This document shows, one piece after another, positions 37,732 through 50,431 of a stretch of 64,000 nt of DNA; the first letter of the stretch is position 1, and each line of letters begins with the position of its first letter. The notes under the pieces are model-generated. The model saw nothing but the letters and a program-made list of their open reading frames with translations, was not told where the DNA came from and did not search any database. The stretch covers positions 1 through 64,000 of the forward strand of contig CDMY01000306.1 of assembly GCA_001179505.1 (NCBI GenBank), given 5' to 3'. Made by a program: the position numbers and the translations under genes. The stretch comes from Vitrella brassicaformis CCMP3155. Its lineage: Eukaryota > Protista > Chromerida.

Positions 37732-40349
37732 TCATGCCGCCGCCACGGCTGGTGGTGGTGGCGGTGCCGCTTGTCCAGTGCCGCCCGTTTTGTTGTGTCT
37801 GAGATAGCTCTCGCAGAAGGCCTCGATGTCCCCGTCCAGCACGTCCCGAGCCGCAGAGGTCTCGGTGCCGGTGCGGGTGTCCTTGACCACCTGTGTGCAT
37901 ATGACACACACCGATGAATGCAATGCAGGCCATGTCTGTGTCCGTGCCTATCTGTGTGCCTGTCTGCCTGCCTTGTAAGGGTGCAGGACGTAGTTTCGTA
38001 TTTGGTTGCCCCACTCCGCCTGCACCATGTCGCCCCGGATCTCTGCCAACTCCTGCGACATACACACAGACAGACAGACAGACAGGCAGCTGCAGAGGCC
38101 GTTGCCGTTGCTGGCGTTGTTCGGCTGTTTTGTCTGACTGACCTGCACACGCTGCTCCTCCTTGATGACCAGCAGCCTCTCCTTCAACATCTTCAGAGCT
38201 ATCTCCTGCGTGCGACACACACAGACACAGTACAGAGACACATCCACACGGAGAATCGATCGTTTCCTTCCCGCGCCCGCCCCGCCCCGCCCCGCCTCAC
38301 TTTGTTCTTGAGCTGTGACCGCTCCTGAGTGCACCTGAACAGGCGACCGACACTCACACGCACCCCAATGAGAATTCATTGCCCATGAGTGGCAGGCAGG
38401 CAGGCAGGTGTCTCGCTTACTTGACCATGATGTTGGTGGGTATGTGGAGGATGCGCACGGCGGTCTCGACCTTGTTGACATTCTGACCCCCCTTGCCGCC
38501 CGACCGCATTGTCGTCACCTGGACACACACACACACACACACACACAGGCACAGGCACACACACAACGAAAAGGATGGAGCAAAGATGGGGTGAATGGCG
38601 TTGCCCGTCCACCCACCTCGAGGTCTCTGTCGTCGATTGTGATGTCGCGGACGTCCTCGTCGGGCAGGATGGGCATGGTCTCCACGCCAGCGAAGCTCGT
38701 CTGCCTCTTCCCCTGAGCGTTGAACGGGGATATCCTCACCAGACGGTGGGTGCCCTTCTCGCCACTCAACAGGCCGTACGCATACTCGCCCTAATAAGGG
38801 GATGAACGAACGAAGCACACACACAAATGCACCCACGCCGCACCCTACCACTGCTGGTAGGAAGATCTTCCGACTCACCTCGATTTCGACCTCCGCCGAC
38901 TTGATCCCAGCCTCCTCCCCGTCAGACCGATCCACCACACGGGCACGCCAGCCCTGCAACCGACATGCAAGCAGCGCCATCCATCCATCCGTCCATCCAT
39001 CCATCCATCCATCCATGGCGCCCCTCTCTGCCCCTCTCTGACCTTACCTTCCTCTGTGCGAATCTGAGGTACATCCTGAGCAGCATGTCAGCCCAGTCGC
39101 ACGACTCGGTGCCGCCCGCTCCGGCAGTGACGTACAGCCGACATCCCACGCGGTCATACGGGCCATCCATCAGCTTCTCCAACTCCTGACAGACAAAGTC
39201 AGGTCAGGTGGGTCTGTGTGGTTTGGGGTAGGGATCCCCTGTCCGTCTGTCTGTCTGTCTGTCTGCCGCTCACCCAGCTGTCCATGTGCCGTGAGAGGCG
39301 CTTCATCGTTGTCACGGACTCTGCCTGTCCATCCATTTCATTCAACGCACACGTGTGGCACACGTGTGGATCCATCCATCCATCTGTGCAGTGAATGAAC
39401 TGTCACTCGTGTCTTTCTGTGGTCACCAGGAATTCGTTTCTCTCTGCATCGGAGAGCTCCTCCGAAGTGACGAAGTCGATGGCTGCTTCGGCGTCCTCCA
39501 GTGACCTCCTCCACCCTTCAACTGAACTGCGGCTCTCCTGATACGATACACACACATGGAGAGAGAACACGCGTCCCACATTCATTTCTGCGCGTCTCGG
39601 GGCACTCCTTCCTTACTTTGAGCCTCTGCAGCCGTGCGGACAGCTTTGACGCACGAGCAGGGTCGTCCCAGAAGTCCTGACACACATACACACAAAGCAA
39701 ATCGGGAGATGGTGGACGGGACGGGTTGAGGCCCATGAGCAGAGCGGCACTCACCTCCTTGGTCGTTTCCCGCTGGATGCTGTCCATCTCTCGGCCAATC
39801 GAAGGCAGGTCAGCAAGCTCCACATTCCTATTGCAAGATGGAGGCACAGAAGCGGAATCACAGATGGATGGATTTAGCGCATGGTTGTGTGTTGTCCGTC
39901 CTGCGCACGCCCCACCTGTCGTATCGCTCTCGAAGCGTGTCGAGCGTCCTCTTGACCTCATTCACCTCGACAGCAGAAGCTGCACATATCCACCCATTCC
40001 ATTGCAACAAGATCACAGTGCAAATCAAATCGACTCGCCGCTTCTCTGCTTCTCTCATCTCACCTGGTGGTTGGTCGGCAGCAGCTGCCTTCAGCGACAC
40101 GCCCTGCAGCAGCTGCCTGTAGTGGTGATGGAAAGGCCGCTGCCTGTCCAGCACTGTAATCTCCCTTCTGCAATCTCTGCAGGAGGCTGCGCGTGGCCTT
40201 CTGACTGGGCTTAGGAAGGAGGGTGGCGCCATGCTGCGATGAGTGACGCTTCTGAGTGCGTCATCGGCAAGATGTGAGAGATCTTTCATCGACGCTGCCG
40301 GGATCATCGAGAGGATGCCTTCGCAGACAAGCCAAATGCACCAGAACAT
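37732..40349 (-). CDS. prfB: Organellar (probably plastid) peptide chain release factor 2, multi-exon
   Basis: Motifs [43 protein letters not shown] (SPF anticodon-mimic of RF2), [18 protein letters not shown] (GGQ), [14 protein letters not shown] and VLDGDI. The N-terminus is hydrophobic and followed by a Ser/Arg-rich leader. The start codon is uncertain. Confidence 0.93.
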
Positions 40350-40853
40350 GAGCCAAATAGGTGAGGCGGGATCTTGAGCTCGCAAGGCTGCGCGTCCTCG
40401 AGTCGAGGCGCGGCAGGGATCCGCCGACGACGCGCCCCCGAACGGAGTCGTCTTTCGAGCGGAGTCGAGGGGTTCCCATCCTGCAACTGACCCGTATCTA
40501 GCGGATGGAGCTTCCGGCGCCGAGGGGGGACGACTCTGCGGCGTGGGGGAGGCCCGGGGTGGCGCATCTCAAGAGCGACTCGGCCAGATCTACGACTTAG
40601 TCCAGCAAACGACTCGTATTCAGCGGACGGCCGTGGGTTTCGGTCTGGAGGCCTCGTGAGTGTGTTCCTTGGGTTCCTCTGTGCATGTGGAGCGTGCGTG
40701 GGTGATTCCTGTTGCGTGTCGTCGTTTGACTGTGCGTGAAAGACATGGGACTTGGCCGTCAGGCCGCTTAGGACATTCTGTGAAACCGCTCCCCCCGGCA
40801 GCAGCGGTTTCATTTGCGAGCTAAGGAGATCTGGCGCTTTCTGAGGCTTTCCC

Positions 40854-41621
40854 ATGGCTATGGTGATGCATCTCTCGCGTGAAGGCAGAAAACTTATGCT
40901 GCGGATGGGCATGCGTCAACTCAGCACTGCCAGCACCACCAGCACAGCATCCCATTCATCCTCCAGTCAGCAGAGCCCGCCACCCCGGCCCAGGCCGTCC
41001 CGCGCGTCGCAGCTGCTCGAGGGCAGGCGTGTGTTGGTGGTGCCTGACGAGGAGAAGGAGGTCTACATCGCCATGGAGAAGGGCGACGGCGAGCTGGAGA
41101 GGCTCAGAGACCGGCTGCTGAGGGAGAAGAGGGCTGCAGACGAGCTCGAGAAAGACAGGCGGAGGGAGCGAGCCGAGAGGATTCTTCTCAGGGTGGCCGA
41201 GGCGGCCAAGCAGGAGGGAGAGGGAGAGGGGGAGGGGGCGAGGGATCCGGTCGGCTCGCCGCAGCCTGGTGTGTTTGCGCAGCTGTCTGGTGAGGTGGTG
41301 AGGTACGGCAAGTATGTGGAGCAGACGTCACACTTCCTCGCGAGCAGATTTGCACTGACTGCGAGGTGAGTGAGGTGGGCGCCACACAACACATACGCGC
41401 CGCCAGCCCGAGGCCAAGGGAACAGATCATGTTGTGTTGGCTGGTCCCTGGTTGTGTCAGGCCGTATTACTATCCGCCGGCGCCGGCCGATGACATCTCC
41501 ATCAAGCCATACGAGGAGGGCATGACGATGGCGCACCACTACCCAAGCAAACTCATACCGGTAGATGTGTGCATTCATTCACACCCACTTCCCCACACCA
41601 CCCACATTGGTTGTGTGTGCG

Positions 41622-41670
<49 letters not shown>

Positions 41671-42665
41671 GCGTGTTGCAGAAGTCTGTGAGCTACCGGT
41701 TCCCCTACTCTTTTCTCGTGCACAATCTGCAGAGCCGCTTCATGAGCGACAAACGCACCCAGCGCTTCAACAAGTTCCTGCTCGAGGAACGGCTGAGAGA
41801 CAAGGTGGGGTGCACACACAGACACCGACAGATGAACAGATGGATGGATGGATGGATGGATGGATGGCGTGTGTGTGGTGGCAGGCGTCATTGGTGTTTG
41901 TGCTGCGCGGGACGGCGACGAGCAGCAAGTTCGCGAGATACGACTGGGTCAGCTTCCTCAAACACGCCGGCATGGACACCGACGCGCTGACAAGGGACAG
42001 AAACATACAGACGATCAACGTACGCATCGACGCACATGCATGTATACGAGTCCACATGTCGTGGATGGATCTCTGTTCGTCGTTTGTGTGTGCCTGCAGT
42101 TGTATGTGTGGGACGTCAACCGTGCTGCGCGGATGATAATGCAATACCGAATGCTCGCCAGCATACAGCAAAACGTACACACGCACATTAACAGACAGAC
42201 AGGCAGACAGAGAGGGAAAGATGCGACGTGCGCGTCGACATTCATCCAATTCGTCAGTTCCGTGAGGAGATTGATTCGACGTTCGCTCACTTCGACAACC
42301 TGAAGTGGGACACGATGAAGCGGCTTCACCTCTACAACAAACAGCTCATCACGGTGCTGCTTGTCGACCCAGCGCTGCTCATCAGGTAGGCCCGTACACA
42401 CACAAATGGTCACCTTCGGTGCATCATTGACGCAAGCACGGTGCGTGCAGATGGCATGCTGTTGGTCTGCCCACTGAGGAGGCAGCACAGACACTCAGGT
42501 GCGTGGGCAGACAGGCAAGCAAACAAGCATCAAGATCAACAACCCAGTTGTTTTTCTGGCCTATATGGTTTATCTGACAGGGAAGCCCTGCGTGAGTTGA
42601 GCATGGAGCGGTCGCACCGAGTTTTGCCGAATGTCACCATCGGCAGCAGCAGCAGCAGCAGCTGA
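40854..42665 (+). CDS. ATP10: Mitochondrial ATP synthase assembly factor ATP10-like
   Basis: Presequence-like N-terminus (…LRMGMRQLST). Hand-spliced C-terminus LHLYNKQLITVLLVDPALLIR|WHAVGLPTEEAAQTL matches the ATP10 N…YLVD…IRW..G….EE pattern. LRDK|ASLVFVL also fits. Confidence 0.72.
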
Positions 42666-43149
42666 TACGACGCGCGTGTGGAGAGATAGTGGCCTTATGC
42701 GCAGCTGGATAAGCTGAGAGCAAAGCGTTAGACATTCATACATGCACACAGGAATGTATGGTACACGAGAGGGGGTCTGTCAGTCGCCATGCATACACAC
42801 ATGCAATGCAGCAGGGAGGCTGTGGTCATGGTGTTCATGTGACAATCGGACCACCGCAGGGGATTGAATCCATCCAATCGCCCCGGCCGCCTGGCAGACC
42901 ACACACACCACCCATCGACAGAGCGAGCAAGCTACCACATGGAAATGGGAGGGAGGCTGTTGGCCGCAAACAGGCAGGCGGCTCGGCTAGATAGATATTG
43001 ACACCCTCACTCAGTCGTCATGCAATGGACTCCCTCCCAAAGTAAGAGGACCAGAGGACCGGTCTGCATTCATCCGACTACTTTAACTACACACAAAGCA
43101 GAGGGGCTGACTCGACCAGACAGACTAGACAGAAGCCGTCGCTTGGTCG

Positions 43150-44661
43150 TCACGCCTGGCGGCCGTTGGTGGCCTGCTGGCCATCACCGTCGGCCATTTT
43201 CCCGCCTTCTTGGTTGTCGGTGGTCTTTGTGTAGATGACGTCGTAGTGGCCGGGCCGGTAGAGCAGGTGAATCGCCTCCTCGTCTGCCCCACACCCCTCG
43301 GGAAATGTCAGAGGGGCTGCGGGTAGGACAACACACGCAGAGAAAGCAACACGTGAGCGTGTGTTTGTGCCTGCAGGGGCGTGCGTGTGATGTGCACCTG
43401 GTTCTGCGGTGTCTGATGCATCGATGTACTGGATGCGCACCGGGACCTTGAGGACCGACGTCAACGCGATGATCTGCACGTGCTCGGCTTCAACCCACCT
43501 GACACATATACAACACAACACAAAGTGACGCGCATCCCCACATGTGAACAATTGTCGGAGAGCTCACATTGGGTCGACTTCTGTCTGGACGTATTGATGG
43601 ATGGAGGCGTGTGTGGTGAGGAAGGGCTCAAACTCAGGCGCATGAAGCTTCAGATGGGTGCCCGTCAGAAACCTGATCAACCAACCACAACCGCGCACAC
43701 ACATCCGTTCCCGCTGGCTGGGCATGTTCGTGTGCTACCTTGCGTATACGACGAGTGAGTTGGAGACGCCGGCGTCCTGGAATGTGGTCTCGAGCTCTGA
43801 CGGTCCTGTTGCCGACTCGCGCAGCAGCTTCAGCTGGTCCAAAAACTCTGATACATTGACGAGGATGGCCACAGGCACGCGTGTAGACCACGAACGAGAG
43901 CATATCGATTGCCTTGATCGCTCACCATCGTAGAAGTCGTCCACAGTCGACTCTGTGTACCTGCACACATCAAACCAGCACACAGCTACACGCGTGTGGC
44001 CATCCATCCATACACCCTTCCATGCGTCCGTGTGTACCCAGCGGCCTCGAGTTGTTTCCTGGATTCGGTGATGAGGTTGATGTATTCGTCGATCTGACTC
44101 CGATGCCGCAGCAGCCACTCGAACAGGCCGTACAGATACGAACGGTAGAAACAACACCCGTCCTTGCACACTCGCCTGACACACACGCACACGAGCATCG
44201 GACACGCACACACATCTGCCTGTGCGCCATGTATGCGCGCACCTGATGCCGCCGTATTGCTTCTTGAGTGCGCGGATCTTTGGCAGGAAGGAGGGGTTGT
44301 CCGCGTACCTGCGCAACGGGCAGACACACCCCATGTGCACACGGACGTGTGTACAGCGTGGCGTGTCCGTTCACATACTCGTTCTCCAGTCCGTCTAGCG
44401 GCTCCACAGGTCCCACCAGCGGCTGCACCTCCACCTCCTTCCTCACCTGACGCCACTCGGCACACACACACTATATCTAATGCGTCGAAATGTTGATATG
44501 TGATCTGTCTGTCTGAGCCTGCTTACCTCCCTGTGGTGATCAAGTATAGAGTAGTCGTCCACATGGCCGTTGGCCTGAGGCGTCACGCCGCATTCGAACG
44601 CCTCCTCCTGCTGCTGTGGCGCGTCCGCCGATTCGCCCGTTGCCTCAGGGGGAGACGACAT
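43150..44661 (-). CDS. OTUB1: Otubain-family deubiquitinase (peptidase C65)
   Basis: PLVGPVEPL, YADNP, IRRVCKDGCCFYRSY (catalytic Cys box), EAEHVQIIALTSVLKVPVRIQYID and IHLLYRPGHYDVIY (His box). Confidence 0.9.
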
Positions 44662-44845
44662 TGGAACGCAACAAACACCAAGACACACTGACAGTGACTG
44701 ACCCTCGCAAGCCATGGCAGTTGGCCGGCCGTTGGAAAGGGAGGACAACTTTTGAGACAGTCAACGCGACTCGGGAGAGAAACCACCTTTTTCTCAATCT
44801 CGCAATCTTCCCTTCGAGCAGCCTGAAGAGATTCTCCATTGCAAA

Positions 44846-47800
44846 ATGAGCTCACGGCCTCCTCGTCCGTCCGACATCAACACCACGGCGTCTCCTCCGA
44901 GAGCCTCACGGCAGACAGCCTCGTCCAAGCCGAGGGCGGCAGCGGATGTCACCATTCCCGGCTTGCCTCACGCCCGAACGTCAGAGGGCATCACCACTCG
45001 CCGGGAGCGAGACACACAACGCGCCACAGGTCGGCACAAGAGAGGCGCCAGTGAGGGCCCTGGGGCGCATGCCGCCAATTTGAAAGCGGTGCGAGCACCG
45101 CCGCCACCGCCAAAAGGAGAGGGGGCGAAGCTTAGAAAAGTTCTGGGGGAGTGGATCTTTTTCTCGGATTTCGACTCGGGCAACGCTGCAGAGGTGGAAG
45201 AGATCAACGGCGAGGTAGACACGTGAGACACGCACACACGATGGGAGGCTGGTTCACCATCTGCGGGTCATTCACTCTTCTGTCTTGCATGCTGCAGTAT
45301 CATGTGTGGGTGGCACCTGACTGTCTGGGCACGCCTTTCCCCGTCAACCAGGAGCACAAGCATCACAGCAAGAAAGACGATGCGGCCAATGGCGGTGGTG
45401 CGCCAGAGGGCGAGAGTGACGACGATTCCACGGAGAGCGAGCCCACCGCCACTGAGAAAGACGTGAAGGACAAGGACGGCAGTGGGCGGGCGAAGAAGGC
45501 GTACACGCCCTTCCACACTTGGTTCTACTTCGGCATCGAGGGAGGCACAAAGTAAGGGAGACAGACAGACAGACAGAGGGAGCCATTGATTGACTGCCTC
45601 AAGAGCGTTTTTCGTTCGTATGTCTGGGCAGAGGCACGTCGATCGCCTTGGTGATTCGTCGGTTGAATCAGCAGGGGCGGCTGTTCCAGCAGGGCATGAA
45701 GCCAGTGGTGCGGTGCGTCCCACATGCCACCAAGTGGAAGCGCCTGACCACTCCGTGTGTCGGCACGGTAAGCGGAGGCACAGCAACATTTCATCGATCT
45801 GTCTTTCCCGCCATTGCTGGGTGGTTGCAGAACGTGAACGGCGAGTTCAGAGTGTCGTTCCGCCACACGTTTGAGGCAGACGGCGGCTGCACCTACTTCG
45901 CCTTTACCTATCCCTTCAGCTATGCCGCCAACCAGGTGACCACACAGAAACTACCTGCACGCACAAAACACGATCTGTCTGCTTTTGGTCAGCTGTACCT
46001 GGACTTGCTTGAGCACCATTTTCGCTCGTCGCCCTTCTCGCCGGCATGGCACCCATCATCACAGCCGCCGTCTCTCGACCCATGTCCAGCAGTGTCGGGG
46101 GGCCACGCCGCCCTACACAAGGCGCACTCGTGCCCCGACGACCCGCTGCTGGCTGCTGTGGATGAGGAGGTGATCGAGGAGGACATTCGCGTCGAGGATG
46201 ACAGCACACATGATGAGAGAGACAGAGACAGGAAGAGGCCGCCCTCCTCTGTCTGGCAGAAGCTGACGGCGGTCTGGCAGCGACGAAAGAGCACCGAGCC
46301 ACTGCCGTTGAAGTGTGACGAGGCCGCTGGAGAGAAGCTGCCCGCACCTTCCCTCCCGCCGATCGGCTCGTCAGCCAATGTGGCTCCGCGCGTCGTCAAG
46401 CGACTCTGTGGAGCCATGCAGGGCAGCCGAGCGCGCAGCTTTGACCATCCTCAGCAACCTGACAAGCCAATCGAAGCAGACAACACAGACAGCTCCCCGA
46501 ACGCGGCCGCCGAGAAGCTTGTGATCGAGCCTGCAGGCGAATTGGATGCCGATTTCAAGCAGCGAGACTCAGTCAGGCGGCTGACGTTGAGTGAGTTCGA
46601 GCAGCTGACGGGTGTGTCCTTCCAGAACGGCGTCACCTTGTCGACGTGCAGAGACGTGTACTTCGCGCGCCAGCTGCTGTGCCACAGTCTGGAGGGAAGG
46701 AGAGTGGAACTCCTGACCATCACCGCTGCGCCTCAGTCACAGCTGCCATCGTTTCAGCGCGCGAACACAACCACACAGATCGGCGTGCCTGCCGTGGAGA
46801 ACGAGAGAAGTAACAAGCTGGTGCGAGACTCGTCGCGCGATCGGCTGAGACCTTCGGGAAGGAACATCAGCAATCTGCCCGCACACCTCCTCCCCACGGC
46901 GGTCAACGCAAACACAAGCAGCAGCAGCGAGAGCAGCGAAGCAAAACGCCCTCCGCGGGAGAGCCCTCTTTGCTTCGACGAGTGCGCTGTGGCAGGAGTG
47001 AGGTTGGGTGAGGAGCCGCCCTCTGCTCTGCGGCTGCCTCTTGCCTTCCCTGGCCGCAAGGTCATCTTCATATCGGCGCGGGTGCACCCTGGAGGTATGC
47101 AGCTGCAGAAAGGCAGACTCACCAGTAAGGCGCGTCGAATGTGTCTGTCGTGATTTATCTCGCAGAGACTCCCGGGCAGTTTGTGTGTCTCGGCCTGCTG
47201 CACTTCCTCCTGTCCACCGACCCCCGTGCACAGCTCCTCCGTCACTATTTTGTCTTCAAGTGCGTCCCCATCATCAACCCGGATGGCGTGGCGAGAGGCC
47301 ACTACCGAGCCAACCTTCGCGGACAGAACTTGAATCGATACTATGACACGCCCCATCCCCACAACCACGAGGCCATCGCGCCGATCCGTCGGCTGCTGGT
47401 GCATTGGGCCACGAAGGGAATCCCGATGGACAGAAAGGGCGGCGATGGCGGAGGTCGGCTGGCCTTCTACATGGACCTGCACGGCCACGCAACGAAACGC
47501 GGGACGTTCGTTCTGGCCAACCACCTGAGCGGATGGGACCAGATCTGGAACGTGGCTTTTTCGCGGCTGCTGGGCCTCAACTCGCCTCATTTCGAGCCTG
47601 ATGCGTGCTCGTTCTCGATGAAAAACATGAAGAGCAAAGACAACCGCGACGGGCTCTCGAAGGAGGGATCTGGCAGAGTGGCCGTCTACCGAGCAACCGG
47701 ACTGTACCACTCCTACACGCTCGAGTGCAATTACAACGCCGGCAGGTGCACCCACCCCATCCCGTCTGCACCCGGTGTTGAGCCCCAGCTGCCCCACACG

Positions 47801-50253
47801 GTCATCCCTGTCTCCCAGAAGACTCCAGTGCCGTACACAGACGAGGTGTGGGCGCAGATTGGCCAGGCTATATGTGTCTCCGTGCTGGACTTCTACGGCT
47901 GGAATCCCTGCTCGCGGCTGCCGTCGAGCAGGTACCGGTCTCTGATCGGTACGTGAGCATGCAGACAGGCAGACTGGCGCATCCTTCGTGACAGTACTTG
48001 TGCATATGCTCCATGCTGACGCAGGTCTTCTCGATTCGTTCCCGCCCTCGTTCAAGATCGACTCTCGCAACCTGGCACGCAATCGCTCCCGCCTTCTGAA
48101 GGCCACCCTCCCCGCCAACACCAACAACAGCAGCATCAACAGCCCACTGGTCCCACCGCCCGACGTCCCTCCGCCCTTCTTCCCTGCCTCTGGCAGCCCA
48201 CTGCCCCCCAGCATTCCCTCCGACCTCCCTGCGTGGATCAAAGTGTCTGATCAGTTTCTGCCCGACGCGCTGAGCGGCAAGACCAGCAACTGGCCCTACC
48301 TCAACACCAACCTGACGCCGCATGTCCGGCCGCCGCCCGTGTCGGTGGACAAGAGCAGAGGCAGAGACCGGAAGAAAGACGACAGCGAGGGAGACGCAGA
48401 GAAGAGTTGTGACGAGGCTGTGACGGCGAGTGAGCTCGAGCCGCCGGCGGCTGTGGAGGCAGGTGGGTGAGGGAGGAGGGCGGAGGGAAGAAACGGTAAA
48501 GCGAGCGGCGTTCTATGCCTTCACTGGACCCACAATGTCCTTTCTGCATCGTTCTTCCATGCATGAGTCTCAGAGGCAGCTAAGGACGAAGTCACCGTGC
48601 CAGATGACGACATTGATGACGAGCCGGAGATGCCGCAGCAGCCCCCTTCACCCACCGCCATGCCGCCGTCGGCCAGAAAGATGCCAGTGGCCATCAACTC
48701 ACCCCCGCCATCACCAAACAAGTCACAGCTGCCTTCACCAAAGCGCCGGCCCGAAAAGCAAGCGCTGTCTCTGCGTGGCCAAGCTGCAGTGGTACAGTGT
48801 AGGCACAATGTATTACTTGCTTGTTTCTCTGTCGCAGCGTCTCTGTTACATGCAGAGCCGCGATCGATCGGTGGACGCGCCATCATCACGCATTCCGCGG
48901 CCTCCATCAGCCTCGCGCACGAGAAAGGCCGCCGCCACCAATACCGAGAAGACGGCAATATCATCATCGCCCGAGAGTGCAAAACTCGAGGAGCGGTTGT
49001 CGCGAAGCGGCTGGCAGCGACGACCAGGGTCAAGAGGGAACGACGACAAGGCAAGAGAGGAAAAGACGGTCTCTTCAAGGAGGCTGCCGTCATTTGAGAG
49101 TCAGTCAACGGCTGCGAGTCTCGAGCGAGGGCCGGTGCTGGCCAAGACGACCCCGCCTGCCCCAAAGGCCTCCCTTCTGCCAAAGCCGCAATTGCCGCAG
49201 ACAGTCACCATCCCATCTTTCGCGCGCCTGCCCAACTCTCGGTCCATCTCCTCTGGCGAAGACGAACAGCAGCCCCCCGTGCTTCCGTCGCTGCTCAAGC
49301 CGCCCACCCTCTATCCCAGGCGTGCCAACTCCCTGGTGCGGCCTCCTCTGGGACCCCAGATGAAGCGCATGATGGGCGAGGACTGCCGGTCCCGCTCCAA
49401 CCGTGGTGGGATTGAGGGCATTCTCGCTTCATCGCCGCGGACGATCAGACGGCTGCTTGACGCGACCATGAAGGTGGAAGAGGCGGAGGAATGGGCGACG
49501 GACAGCTTCGCTAGTGAGAGCTCTGTTCATGAGGATATGGACGTGCCGGCGGCGGCGGCGACAGATGAAGGTGGTCAGAGTGAAGCGGCCAAACAGCCTG
49601 AGACACAGCCAGCCCCGATGGAAGACAAGAAAGAGAAGCCCGTGTCTCTCTCGAAGACGGTCAGGAGACCGCCCCCACCCAAGGCAGCCAATCCCAAGGC
49701 ACCCATCCCTCCCCTGCCGCCCCCTCTCACGAAGAGTACACCCGCGCCAACAGCAGCATCCACAACGGCCTGGCGCATGCGGTCGTCGCGTCTGTGCACG
49801 GGCAGGCGGAAACCCCCCGTACCAACAGCCAAGAAAGACAGCCGCGTCGACGGGGAGCGGCTGTGTCTCTCGCTGCGCTACCCGAATCAAGACGCGCTGG
49901 CGCTGAGGCGGGCCGTCAGGGGCGACACCAAGGGACCAGAGTATGCGACACAGAGGGCTACTCTCAATCCAAGCAGATCGACCGACACGCTCGTGCAGCC
50001 GACAGGCCGCTTGTCGCTCATGAAGCGGGGCAGAAGTTTGGCCAACATCGACCACCACCCGCAGCCAATGTCTCAGCCGCAGCAGCAGGGGCTGCCAGCC
50101 GGAGTGAGTGAAGCGCTCGAGAGAGAAGAGAATGAGATGATGATCGCAGCGATGGCCTCGTTGCGTCAGCAGAATGGTGTCATGATGGCCCCCTATCCCT
50201 TCTATGCAACCAATATTGACGGCAATTTCAGAAATGTGCGGGTCAAGATATGA
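44846..50253 (+). CDS. AGBL5: Cytosolic carboxypeptidase 5 (M14 tubulin deglutamylase) with long disordered C-terminus
   Basis: FSDFDSGNA, TWFYFG, FAFTYPFSY, LCHSLEGRRVELLTIT, ISARVHPG|ETP, PIINPDGVARGHYR…GQNLNRYY, MDLHGHATKRG, SKEGSGRVAVY and HSYTLECNYN. The Zn ligands and catalytic Glu are intact. Confidence 0.9.
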
Positions 50254-50431
50254 CAGACAGGGCATTGACATGGGGATTGGGGAACAGAGCGGGCGGTCGA
50301 GTTGTTGTTTTCGTGTCTGCGTGTGGGTGGGCGGACATGCAACGGATGGATGGGACTTTTTCTTTATGTGTCCTCGGTGCATGCCTGCCTGCTGACGGAT
50401 ACGCAATTTGTGCAGGCTGTTCGCAGGACGA

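Noticed and set aside
40304-40912. 202-aa minus-strand ORF or possible ncRNA in the RF2-ATP10 spacer
   Set aside because: It overlaps both flanking starts and has no family signature. No tRNA cloverleaf or snRNA/SRP motif could be recognised, although an extra RF2 5' exon cannot be excluded.
1887-49906. Numerous long antisense or alternate-frame ORFs (for example 1887..2897, 5976..7049, 19809..20981, 28215..29858, 46754..48241)
   Set aside because: Shadow ORFs expected opposite GC-rich coding exons; the genuine frames carry the recognisable motifs.
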